A DNA stretch of 64,000 bases from Candidatus Curtissbacteria bacterium (lineage in GTDB: Bacteria; Patescibacteriota; Microgenomatia; Curtissbacterales; GWA2-41-24): assembly GCA_016198325.1 (NCBI GenBank), contig JACQIV010000015.1, forward strand, positions 1,423-65,422, read 5' to 3'. This document shows positions 20,879-29,702 of this stretch, piece by piece (the first letter of the stretch is position 1; each line of letters opens with the position of its first letter). The position numbers were made by a program, and so were the translations under genes. A model generated the notes under the pieces. It was not told the origin of the DNA. It was given only the letters and a program-made list of their open reading frames with translations, and did not search any database.

Positions 20879-21870
20879 TATTTTCCCTTCCTTTCGATTA
20901 CTTTTTTGACCGCATTTTTGATAGCAGCTTTCCCAAGATTATATTTCTCGATCAACTCCTTTGGTTTTCCTGATTCCGCAAAAGTGTTATCAAGCCCTAC
21001 AAATTCCATTGGGGCCGGTAAATTCTTCACTAGAAACTCGGAAAGGGCACCGCCTAGTCCGCCGTCCTGCTGATGATCCTCAACGGAAACGACCGAGCCG
21101 CATTTTTTAACCTGTTCTAAAATTCCTTCAATATCGAGCGGTTTAACGGAAGAGATATTCAAAACATTCACCTTGACCCCTTCTTCTTCCAGTTCTTTTG
21201 CGGCAAGTAACGCTTCACCTATTAGGTGGCCCGTTGAGCAAATTACCGCCTGCGGCAGATCACAAGTCCAGAACAATCCCGCCTTCCCAAGTTCAAAAGG
21301 GGTCTCATTGCTTGTAATAACAGGGGTCTTATCTCTTGTAAACCTAAGGTAAACAGGCCCTTCAAAACCCGCCGATGCGACTGTTGCCTTTTTTGCCTCT
21401 ATCGCGTCACAGGGTACAACGACTGTCATCTTCGGCCAACAACGGGTTATTGCTATATCTTCCGTTGCCTGATGAGTTGCACCATCCGGTCCTGTCACAA
21501 TGCCCGAGTGATGTCCGCCTATTTTGACATTGGCCCGGTTATAAACCGTTGTCGTGCGGATAGTCTCCCAATTTTTACCCGGGGAGAAAGTGGCATATGA
21601 AGAAATAAAAGGGATTTTCCCCGCAACTGCCAGACCTGCCGCAACCGCTGCCATATTTTGCTCGGCGACACCGCACTCAAAAAACCTTTCAGGATATTTT
21701 TCGGCGAATTTATTAACTTTTGTTGATTCCGTCAAGTCTGCGGAAAGTACGACTACGTTCGGATTTTTTTCGCCAAGCTCCAAAAGTCCTTCACCGTATC
21801 CCTGCCTCGTTGGAGCCTCTTCCGCCTCCTCAAAAAATTTCTGATTTAATTTTAGGGCAGGGTTAAGCAT
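20878..21870 (-). CDS. transketolase, C-terminal (pyrimidine-binding) subunit
   Basis: Split transketolase: Pyr-binding and C-terminal domains; overlaps N-terminal subunit gene by 1 nt. Confidence 0.85.
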   Translation of the reverse strand: MLNPALKLNQKFFEEAEEAPTRQGYGEGLLELGEKNPNVVVLSADLTESTKVNKFAEKYPERFFECGVAEQNMAAVAAGLAVAGKIPFISSYATFSPGKNWETIRTTTVYNRANVKIGGHHSGIVTGPDGATHQATEDIAITRCWPKMTVVVPCDAIEAKKATVASAGFEGPVYLRFTRDKTPVITSNETPFELGKAGLFWTCDLPQAVICSTGHLIGEALLAAKELEEEGVKVNVLNISSVKPLDIEGILEQVKKCGSVVSVEDHQQDGGLGGALSEFLVKNLPAPMEFVGLDNTFAESGKPKELIEKYNLGKAAIKNAVKKVIERKGK

Positions 21871-22763
21871 TATTTATGTTGGTTTTTGGTTGTTTCTCTT
21901 ATCATTTTAAGTTCCAGCAGAGCCTTTTTGGCCTGTTCACCTTTTGGGGGTGCTCCCAAGACTTCTGAAGTATCAGGCGGCATACCATGCCACTCGAACC
22001 TGTTTTCCATAAAACTTACTCCCTTCCCGGGAACGGTATGGGCGATAATAACCGTCGGTTGCTGGTGCGTGGAGTTTGCCTGTTTTACCGCATCTACAAA
22101 TTCGTGGATGTTATTTCCATCGACATCAATAACATGCCAGTTAAATGCCCTATATTTATCGTGTAACGGTTCAAGGGGCATAACATTTTCCGTAAAGCCG
22201 TCAATCTGAATATTGTTCCTGTCAATAACGACGCATAAATTATCCAGTTTATATCTTGGTGCCATCATCATTGCTTCCCAGGTATTTCCCTCCTGATGCT
22301 CACCGTCGGAGGTAAGGCAATAAATATGGTGGTTTTTGCCGTCCATTTTGGCAGCCAGTGCCATCCCGATAGACTGCGAAATCCCCTCACCCAACGGCCC
22401 GGAGGTTGTTTCTAAGCCTGGTAAAGAAGACCTGTGCGGATGCCCCTGTAATCTTGAATTGACTTTTCTTAAAGTTTTAAGTTCTGCAATTGGAAAATAA
22501 CCAGCCATTGCCATCGTTACGTACTGAATAGGGCATATATGTCCGTTCGAAAGTACAAGCCTGTCCCGTTCTTCCCAAAATGGATTCTCCGGCTTATGGT
22601 TTAGAATGTGAAAGTAGAAGGCAACAAAAATATCAGTCATTCCCAACGGACCTGCTGTATGACCCGAACCAGCCTCAACCAATGTTTCGATTACAAGCTC
22701 CCGCGCCTTTACCGCTTTTTCTTCGAGATCCTTTAATTTTTCCTCGTGTAACTCGTCGATCAT
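21870..22763 (-). CDS. transketolase, N-terminal (TPP-binding) subunit
   Basis: …GSGHTAGPLGMTD… and TPP-binding GDG…EG motif. Confidence 0.85.
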   Translation of the reverse strand: MIDELHEEKLKDLEEKAVKARELVIETLVEAGSGHTAGPLGMTDIFVAFYFHILNHKPENPFWEERDRLVLSNGHICPIQYVTMAMAGYFPIAELKTLRKVNSRLQGHPHRSSLPGLETTSGPLGEGISQSIGMALAAKMDGKNHHIYCLTSDGEHQEGNTWEAMMMAPRYKLDNLCVVIDRNNIQIDGFTENVMPLEPLHDKYRAFNWHVIDVDGNNIHEFVDAVKQANSTHQQPTVIIAHTVPGKGVSFMENRFEWHGMPPDTSEVLGAPPKGEQAKKALLELKMIRETTKNQHK

Positions 22764-24079
22764 AATTTGGCAACTACAAAAAGATCGGAAACATTAGAGG
22801 GCAGCCTGCCCGTCTCAATTCCGTCCCCGACTTGTTTAAAAAAATTGTAACTGTCATTTCTATTTAAGAAGATATTAGGGTCTAAATTCAAACTTTTTGC
22901 TGCTTTCACGGTCAAATGGTCTCCGATTGCCCCGGCAAACTCCGTATTATCCCAGCCGTCGGTAGTTAGTGCTGCAATAATCGTCTTATCATCAACTGAA
23001 GATAAAGCCCCCAAAACTACCTCCTGATTCCTTCCGCCTTTTCCGTCGCCGCGGACTTCAACGGTTGTTTCTCCTCCCGCAAGAAGCAATTCACCATCAT
23101 TACAAGCCCTAATCAACTTTTCTCCTGACAAGTGTGCAGTACCTTGAAAATTATCTTTAAAAATACACGTGTTTATTTCTATAGATTCCGCCTTTTTCTT
23201 CATTGCCTCCAGCGCTGTTAAATTAGAAAGCATTAATATATTTTCAATTTTTTCAAAATATTTTGCCTCTTTTGGAGTTTCAACAAAATTAAGCCGGAAA
23301 TTAATATGGCCGTTTAGAGTATATTGGCTGCAAATATCACCAGCGTCGCTTGCGGTAGTTGGATCTTTAACAAATGGTGCTGAAGCAATTACGGAGAGAT
23401 CATTTCCCGGGACATCGGAAAATACCAAATTTACAACTGTTGCAGGATACGCTATTGCGGCAAGCCCACCACCTTTTACCCAAGATAAGTGTTTTCTGAC
23501 CACATTCATGTCATGAATATTCGCACCACTCTTCAAAAGTGCCTTATTGACTTCGATTATTTGCTCTACATTAAGATCAACCGGACGTTCCAAAAGTGCA
23601 GACCCTCCACCGCACGTTACGACGACCAATAGAGCCTCGTTTCCAAGGACTTTAAGCTCATTAATAATTTTTTCGGTGAATTTAAAATTGGCTTCAGAGG
23701 GAACCGGGTGAGTGCCACTTGTAAACTCGATTTTTGAAAAACTTTCTTCCGTCACATCAATTACAAAACCCTGCGCCAGGAAGTTGCCAAGAATTCCCTC
23801 AATTTGTTTGGAAATTCTTGCGGAGCCTTTGCCAAAACCCAGTAAAAATACTTTATTAAAATTCGCAAGATCAATTTCCCTGTCTTTAATTTTCAGTATC
23901 GAACCGGAAAGATTAACACTTGAAGAAATTATCGCCTCCGGTTGAATAGGAGAATACGCAGCTTCAATTAAATCCAAAACAATCTTACGTTTTTCGTTTT
24001 TTGCCAACAGGCCATAATTTCTAACAAAACCCACTAAACCCATTATAGGCATGACAAACCGGTACTTCTCAATAGGCAT
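22760..24079 (-). CDS. glycerate kinase (MOFRL / GckA family)
   Basis: …LLVVVTCGGGSALLE… and C-terminal MOFRL-like domain. Confidence 0.7.
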   Translation of the reverse strand: MPIEKYRFVMPIMGLVGFVRNYGLLAKNEKRKIVLDLIEAAYSPIQPEAIISSSVNLSGSILKIKDREIDLANFNKVFLLGFGKGSARISKQIEGILGNFLAQGFVIDVTEESFSKIEFTSGTHPVPSEANFKFTEKIINELKVLGNEALLVVVTCGGGSALLERPVDLNVEQIIEVNKALLKSGANIHDMNVVRKHLSWVKGGGLAAIAYPATVVNLVFSDVPGNDLSVIASAPFVKDPTTASDAGDICSQYTLNGHINFRLNFVETPKEAKYFEKIENILMLSNLTALEAMKKKAESIEINTCIFKDNFQGTAHLSGEKLIRACNDGELLLAGGETTVEVRGDGKGGRNQEVVLGALSSVDDKTIIAALTTDGWDNTEFAGAIGDHLTVKAAKSLNLDPNIFLNRNDSYNFFKQVGDGIETGRLPSNVSDLFVVAKL

Positions 24080-24090
24080 ATAATCTTTCT

Positions 24091-24714
24091 ATGTACTTCA
24101 AAAACAGGGAAGAGGCCGGGAAATTTCTGGGTGAGAAATTGGCGAGCCTATCGCTCTGCGACACGATTGTCCTGGGACTGCCCCGGGGAGGAGTAGTCGT
24201 TGCAAAAGAAGTAGCAAAAGTTCTTAATGTGCCTCTTAATGTTTTTATTGTCAGAAAACTTGGGGTTCCGCATCATAGAGAACTGGCGATGGGAGCTATT
24301 GCAGAGGAAGGCGAATCAATCCTGGACAAAGAAACAATTCGGTCTTACGGATTAACAAGGCAACAAATCAACCGGGTAATTATGGAAGAAGAGGAGGAAT
24401 TACGAAGAAGGATTAAGCTTTACAGAAACGGTAAGAAACTACCTAATCTGAAGGGAAAAACAGTCATATTAGTAGATGACGGCCTGGCAACCGGCATGAG
24501 TGCAAAAGTAGCCTTAACTTCTATAAAAAAGCAAAAACCAAAAAATATTATTTTCGCAGCACCAATTTGCGCAAATCAATCCATAGATCAAATATCAAAA
24601 CTCTCCAAGGTTGTATGTCTTACCATTCCCAAAGATTTGATTGCAATTGGTAGTTATTACGACAATTTCAGGCAAATTACGGACTACGAAGTACTCGAAC
24701 TTTTGGAAAAATAG
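24091..24714 (+). CDS. predicted phosphoribosyltransferase
   Basis: PRTase motif VILVDDGLATGMSAKVA. Confidence 0.6.
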   Translation: MYFKNREEAGKFLGEKLASLSLCDTIVLGLPRGGVVVAKEVAKVLNVPLNVFIVRKLGVPHHRELAMGAIAEEGESILDKETIRSYGLTRQQINRVIMEEEEELRRRIKLYRNGKKLPNLKGKTVILVDDGLATGMSAKVALTSIKKQKPKNIIFAAPICANQSIDQISKLSKVVCLTIPKDLIAIGSYYDNFRQITDYEVLELLEK

Positions 24715-24764
24715 TCCCTAAATTGCACAAGCTGGCGAAAACGGTATAAAATTGCCTGTAAATT

Positions 24765-25199
24765 GTGAAAAAACTACTGGATATTATTAAGAGAAATGCG
24801 CTATACATAGCCTTTTTGCAGGCATGGGTTGCAACATTGGGAAGCGCCTATTTTTCCGAAATTCAAAACCTTACACCGTGCAGGCTTTGCTGGTATCAGC
24901 GGATTTTAATGTTTCCGCTTGTTGCCATACTAGGCATAGCAATTATTAGACGTGATAAAAATGTCGCCTACTATGTCTTACCCTTGACGATACTGGGGAC
25001 ATTTATCGGACTCTACCAATACCTGTTACAAATGACCCCCCTAAAGGAAATAAACCCTGTTTCGTGTTCGGAAACAGCACCGTGCAGCGCAATCGACGCT
25101 ATTTATTTTGGGTTTGTAACGATCCCTTTTCTTTCTATGACCGCCTTTATTATTATTAGTATTATGATGTTTTTGCTTTTATTAAAAAAGAAGAAATGA
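24765..25199 (+). CDS. disulfide bond formation protein B-like (DsbB/BdbC)
   Basis: 4 TM helices, Cys pair TPCRLCWYQRIL, second Cys pair CSETAPC. Confidence 0.6.
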   Translation: MKKLLDIIKRNALYIAFLQAWVATLGSAYFSEIQNLTPCRLCWYQRILMFPLVAILGIAIIRRDKNVAYYVLPLTILGTFIGLYQYLLQMTPLKEINPVSCSETAPCSAIDAIYFGFVTIPFLSMTAFIIISIMMFLLLLKKKK

Positions 25200-25831
25200 G
25201 CAACGAAACTAAGTTTATAATTGGAATAGCAGTAATAACAATAGGTCTTACAATCGGTGGCATATTTTTCTTCAGTAAAGGTTCAAAGCCACATGATCAG
25301 CAAACTGACCAAACCTTAATCCTTTCAAACGTCAGGCACACCAAAGGCAACTCCGGGGCCAAAGTAAAAATTGTTGAATTTTCCGATTTCCAGTGTCCCG
25401 CTTGTAAAGCCGCGCAACCAATTGTTAAAAAAGTTATGGAAGAAAATTCCAATAAAGCTTATTTTGCATATCGCCATTTTCCTCTTCCTTCACACTCAAA
25501 TTCGAAAATAGCCGGGCAAGCTGCAGAAGCGGCAGGGAACCAAGGCAAATTCTGGGAAATGCATGATATTCTTTTTGAAAAGCAAACGGAATGGTCGGGA
25601 GAGGGAGATCCGCAAAAAGTCTTTGAGGGTTATGCACAAAATCTCAGTCTCGATGTTGATAAATTTAAAGAAGATATCAAAAACGCCATCGGTTCGGTTA
25701 ACCAGGACGCAGCAGACGGGAAAAATTTAACTGTTTCTTCAACACCGACTTTTTTCATAAATGGACAGAAATATCCGGGAGTGCTAGATGAAGCTACATT
25801 TCTCCAAATTATCAATAGTTCCGGTCAATAA
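25196..25831 (+). CDS. DsbA-family thiol:disulfide oxidoreductase
   Basis: N-terminal TM anchor, thioredoxin-fold FSDFQCPACKA; overlaps dsbB-like stop. Confidence 0.65.
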   Translation: MSNETKFIIGIAVITIGLTIGGIFFFSKGSKPHDQQTDQTLILSNVRHTKGNSGAKVKIVEFSDFQCPACKAAQPIVKKVMEENSNKAYFAYRHFPLPSHSNSKIAGQAAEAAGNQGKFWEMHDILFEKQTEWSGEGDPQKVFEGYAQNLSLDVDKFKEDIKNAIGSVNQDAADGKNLTVSSTPTFFINGQKYPGVLDEATFLQIINSSGQ

Positions 25832-25857
25832 TCTTTCGGTTTGCGGTAAACTAAAGC

Positions 25858-26655
25858 ATGGATAATCTGCCTCTTTTTTTCAAAATTCCCAAAATTAGTT
25901 CTTCGTTCCGAAGTCTTGAAGATAACATCAAGGAAAAAGGACTTCAGAGTGGAGTTGCCCATTTTCTTTCGTCCCTTGGAACGGAAATAGAGGTAATCGG
26001 CCTTAACAGGGAAGTAAAAGAAACTTTACTGACCCGGCCGGTTCTTGTAATTGCCAACCATCCGAATAGTTTCGATCCTCTTGCAATCCTCTCTGCTCTT
26101 CCTCCAAGGGAAGACGCATATGTTGTCCTAAGTTCGGATTTTTACGAGTCTATGCCAAGCTTTGGCACATACGCTATACCGGTTTATATTAGAAACCAGA
26201 CCGCCAAATCCGAGTGGTCCCATCTAAAACTCGCGCTTAAGAGGGTATTTTTCGGAAAAAGTTTAACGCGCGAGGAAGAAAAAACAAGGAATCAGAACAG
26301 CTTAAATCTTACCTCGAGAAAATTAACGGAAGGGGGATCCGTCTTGATGTTTCCATCGCCCGGAAAAGCGATAGGTGAAGAAAAATGGAAAAGGGGAGTA
26401 GGAATGGTATTAAAAACTACTGCAAATACAAATCTAAAAATTGTGATGGCCTATATCACGGGCACATCACCCTTGGATTACTTAAGAGTATTCCCGCAAA
26501 CATGTAAATATTTAGGGGATATATGGGTCACTTATTCAAAACCTTATTACGCTTCAAAACTACTTGAAAGTGCTAAGTCGGCAGAAGAAATAACAGAAAA
26601 GCTTCAAGGTCAATACGAAAATTGGGTGAACATTATTACAAAGTTAAGGGAATAA
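25858..26655 (+). CDS. lysophospholipid acyltransferase-like (PlsC family)
   Basis: Acyltransferase motif I VIANHPNSFDP (HxxxxD). Confidence 0.45.
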   Translation: MDNLPLFFKIPKISSSFRSLEDNIKEKGLQSGVAHFLSSLGTEIEVIGLNREVKETLLTRPVLVIANHPNSFDPLAILSALPPREDAYVVLSSDFYESMPSFGTYAIPVYIRNQTAKSEWSHLKLALKRVFFGKSLTREEEKTRNQNSLNLTSRKLTEGGSVLMFPSPGKAIGEEKWKRGVGMVLKTTANTNLKIVMAYITGTSPLDYLRVFPQTCKYLGDIWVTYSKPYYASKLLESAKSAEEITEKLQGQYENWVNIITKLRE

Positions 26656-26873
26656 ATCTACTTAATTAAGAGTGTATTTGTGAGAAGGGAGAAAGATACT
26701 CAATAAATAAAATTTTCAAAACGGAATATCTTATCTTTGTCTAATCAAAAATTATTCGAAGTTAAGCAGATCAACTACTTCAACCTGCCGATTGAGAAGC
26801 AGTGTAACACAAACTACAGGCAATAGCAAACTATGGGGCTTTGTTCTAAACTCGAAGCATAGGTGAAGAATTG

Positions 26874-26945
26874 TGGCCCTACGGGGAGTCGAACCCCGCT
26901 TTACGCCTTGAAAGGGCGTCGTCCTAACCGATAGACGATAGGGCC
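26874..26945 (-). tRNA. tRNA-Glu (anticodon UUC)
   Basis: Manual fold: 5'-GGCCCTATCG…ACGCC CTTTCAA GGCGT…GGTTCGACTCCCCGTAGGGCCA; anticodon loop CTTTCAA; no encoded CCA. Confidence 0.8.
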
Positions 26946-27119
26946 AAAATTTTTAATTTTGTCCCTGCGCATTTCTTCGAAATGCTAAGGGCCTCACTAC
27001 ACTTTGGCCGATTCTTGAAAGTTTTGTATTATAAAGAGCTTAAAATCAGCTTCAGAATTTTAACACATCAAAAACCTAGGATCTAATCCCACTAACATCT
27101 AACACCTAACTACCAACCC

Positions 27120-27791
27120 CTACTTCTTAAACCGTTCCCAGACGGATTCAAGTAAACTTCTGGCTGTTCCTTGCCCGCCTAGTCCAAAGGCCAAACCTCC
27201 GGCCAAGGCAACCATTGCGACAAGCCCACCAAAAAGAATCCTAAGTAGTTCTTGCGCAACGCCTAATTGATGAAGTACCAAGAAGCCTACGAAGACCATA
27301 AGAGACCACTGGGCAACCAGTGCAACAGTATGGGATATATCCCGGCCAAGCGATCTACTCGTGCTGTACGCAATCCTATAGGCAAGTTTCGAAAATACCA
27401 TACCGATAAGGGCTAGAATTACCGCAACAATTACATTAGGAATATAAAGTATTAGCCTATTCAAAACCGTATTTACAGCATCAAGCCTCCAGGCGGAAAG
27501 AGTCGGTACTAAAAAGACGATAATTATGCTCCACCTTGCAAGTTCCGCCAAAATTTCCGACCACTCAATCTCCTTACCCTCAATCTTGGTAATGCCGTAC
27601 TTGGAAAGGTATTGTTCGAGTTTAATTGCCTTAAGAAAAGCAACAATTACTCTGTAGACAACAGCCGCAAGAATAAGGCCGATTGTCAAAATGACAAGAC
27701 CACCGATTAAAGAAGGAATAAAGTTAACGAATGTTGCAAGTGCCGAAAGGACTGCGGAAGATACTGCCGTTGAAAGATCTTCAACGCTCAT
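27120..27791 (-). CDS. multi-pass membrane protein with repeated conserved-TM-helix segments (MscS-associated TM_helix-like)
   Basis: Several hydrophobic helices with repeated …LIGGLVILTIGLILA… / …VAVILALIGMVFSKLAYR… pattern. Confidence 0.35.
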   Translation of the reverse strand: MSVEDLSTAVSSAVLSALATFVNFIPSLIGGLVILTIGLILAAVVYRVIVAFLKAIKLEQYLSKYGITKIEGKEIEWSEILAELARWSIIIVFLVPTLSAWRLDAVNTVLNRLILYIPNVIVAVILALIGMVFSKLAYRIAYSTSRSLGRDISHTVALVAQWSLMVFVGFLVLHQLGVAQELLRILFGGLVAMVALAGGLAFGLGGQGTARSLLESVWERFKK

Positions 27792-27883
27792 AACGAATCA
27801 CCTCCCTCCGGAAATTGCTCACTAATTCCAGTCTAGAAAATGCCCATGAAAACGTCAAGTGAAAATAGTGGAAACTAATGTCA

Positions 27884-27898
27884 GTGGGGGCACAGGGA
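27884..27898. repeat. 15-nt copy of the tRNA-Lys 3' end (GTGGGGGCACAGGGA on + strand)
   Basis: Identical 15-mer at 28353-28367 inside tRNA-Lys; possible att-site remnant. Confidence 0.5.
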
Positions 27899-27943
27899 CG
27901 TTGTTAGAACGCTACCCGGTCTTATAGATCAATTAATAATACT

Positions 27944-28294
27944 TTATGGTTTTGGGGTGACCGGAGTCTGAGCTGGTGAAAGAGATTTCCTTCCGCCTGT
28001 CGCCTTCGCTGCAAGTTCTGCTAGTAACCTAAGTGTCGAAAGTTCCGTCATACTTACCATCACTGTTGCTGCGCCCGCCTGTCTAGTGATATGACCGGGT
28101 ATCTCTTTAGCAGAAGTTGGTGCTTTTCCAAGCAGAGGATTAAGCATATTTCTTTGCCGTTTTATTTCCTCGTCTAGTTTATCTGCTGCAGAATTAAACT
28201 TCTGATTCCAATTGCTTTTATCTGCTTCGGACTTTTGACCAAATTCTTTTTGAGTAGCTTCAGCTACTTCTTGTGGTAATTCTCCTTCAGCCAT
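27944..28294 (-). CDS. hypothetical protein (Lys/Ala/Glu-rich, 116 aa)
   Basis: ORF lying between tRNA-Lys and the partial copy of its 3' end. Confidence 0.35.
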   Translation of the reverse strand: MAEGELPQEVAEATQKEFGQKSEADKSNWNQKFNSAADKLDEEIKRQRNMLNPLLGKAPTSAKEIPGHITRQAGAATVMVSMTELSTLRLLAELAAKATGGRKSLSPAQTPVTPKP

Positions 28295-28350
28295 TTTGTG
28301 TATCTAATTTATTCTCGCAATTCACAAAAAATTATGCAACCACACATGTA

Positions 28351-28425
28351 TGGTGGGGGCACAGGGATTCGAACCCTGAACCATTCGCTTAAAAGGCGAG
28401 TGCTCTACCGTTGAGCTATACCCCC
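28351..28425 (-). tRNA. tRNA-Lys (anticodon UUU)
   Basis: Manual fold: GGGGGTATAGCTCAACGGTAGAGCA…CTTTTAA…GGTTCGAATCCCTGTGCCCCCACCA; CCA is encoded. Confidence 0.8.
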
Positions 28426-28623
28426 AAAAACGAAGTTTTTGAGGCGTACGTCACACAAAATGTGACCTACCCCCTTTGCGCATAGCGCAAACTTCAAAGA
28501 AATCTTAATCCTGAAGATCAATTATATCTGAAGTTGAATTTAGCTTCAATAAGCTTGGTTACGATATAGAAATATTTTATAATCTATCCCTAGACTCTTG
28601 ATTCTCGACTATAGTCACTTTTT

Positions 28624-29580
28624 ATGAACTGGGTTGATCTTGTAATTTTATTAGTTGTATTTATATTTGCCCTGGAAGGCCAAAGACGCGGATTTTTTGC
28701 CCAGCTCATAGACATTTTAGGCTTTTTTACCTCACTCGTTGCGTCTTTGCTTTTTTATCCCTTTTCTGCACAAGCCCTGATTAAGCTCTTTTCCTTACCC
28801 AAAATTGCCGCATTGCCAATCGGATTTTTACTGATTTGGGTAATTGTCGAAATAATATTTTTCACCTTTTTCGAAAAAATATTCCGAAAAACACTTTTCG
28901 TTTTCAGCGCAACGAAAGTTAACCGTCTGCTTGGATTTGCACCTGCTACCGCAAATGCGCTACTTTTTCTTTCATTCGCGTTACTATTTGTAGTTTCACT
29001 TCCGATTAGGCCAGATATAAAAAAGGATGTTTTTGATTCTAATGCCGGATCAAAGCTTATAGATTATGCCGGAATTTTAGAAAGGCCCCTAAATAACATT
29101 TTTGGCCCGATTGCCAAACAAGGTTTAACTTTTTTGACGGTAAAACCTGAAGAAAAAGGGTCTATCAACCTGGAATTTAAACAAAACGAGCTTCGGGTAG
29201 ACACGGAAGCGGAAAAAAGAATGTTTGAACTTGTTAATGAAGAAAGGGCAAAAGTCGGCGTGAGATTGCTTGTTTGGGACGAAAGCTTAGCAAATGTCGG
29301 AAGAAAACATTCGGAAGACATGTTTAGGCGCGGCTACTTCTCCCATTATTCATCGGAAGGGAAAGATGTTGGGGACAGGCTCGCGGAAAACGGCATAGGA
29401 TACACGTTGGCCGGGGAAAATCTGGCTCTGGCACCGGACGTTTCGCGTGCCCACACAGGACTTATAAACAGTGAAGGTCATAGAAGAAATATCCTTGATC
29501 CCACGTTTAAAAAATTAGGAGTAGGCGCACAGGATGGCGGAATTTACGGAAAAATGTTCACACAAGTATTTACAGATTAA
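28624..29580 (+). CDS. CvpA-family membrane domain fused to a C-terminal CAP (SCP/PR-1-like) domain
   Basis: N-terminal MNWVDLVILLVVFIFALEGQRRGFFAQLIDILG (CvpA-like, 4 TM); C-terminal …GYFSHYS…GHRRNILDPTFKKLGVG (CAP motifs). Confidence 0.6.
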   Translation: MNWVDLVILLVVFIFALEGQRRGFFAQLIDILGFFTSLVASLLFYPFSAQALIKLFSLPKIAALPIGFLLIWVIVEIIFFTFFEKIFRKTLFVFSATKVNRLLGFAPATANALLFLSFALLFVVSLPIRPDIKKDVFDSNAGSKLIDYAGILERPLNNIFGPIAKQGLTFLTVKPEEKGSINLEFKQNELRVDTEAEKRMFELVNEERAKVGVRLLVWDESLANVGRKHSEDMFRRGYFSHYSSEGKDVGDRLAENGIGYTLAGENLALAPDVSRAHTGLINSEGHRRNILDPTFKKLGVGAQDGGIYGKMFTQVFTD

Positions 29581-29610
29581 TAAACTAAAAAAGATTAATC
29601 TGTAAATATC

Positions 29611-29667
29611 CCGAGCTTGTCGAGGGATCACCGATTAGCAAACACTCCGGACTTGTCGAGGGATCAC
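29611..29667. repeat. two copies of a 21-nt direct repeat CCGRRCTTGTCGAGGGATCAC (period 36), flanked by TTAATCTGTAA direct repeats at 29596 and 29688
   Basis: Read directly in the convergent intergenic region between the CvpA-CAP gene and dinB. Confidence 0.5.
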
Positions 29668-29702
29668 AAATCAGTTCTTCATGCAGTTTAATCTGTAAGA
29701 TT

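Noticed and set aside
28450-28490. Two palindromes (GTCACA-caaaa-TGTGAC and TTGCGC-ata-GCGCAA) upstream of tRNA-Lys
   Set aside because: They are short and have no recurring partner elsewhere in the window. They could be operator-like, but the evidence is insufficient.
29611-29667. Possible CRISPR array
   Set aside because: Only two 21-nt repeat copies are present, with no regular spacers and no cas genes in the window. It is treated as a simple direct repeat.
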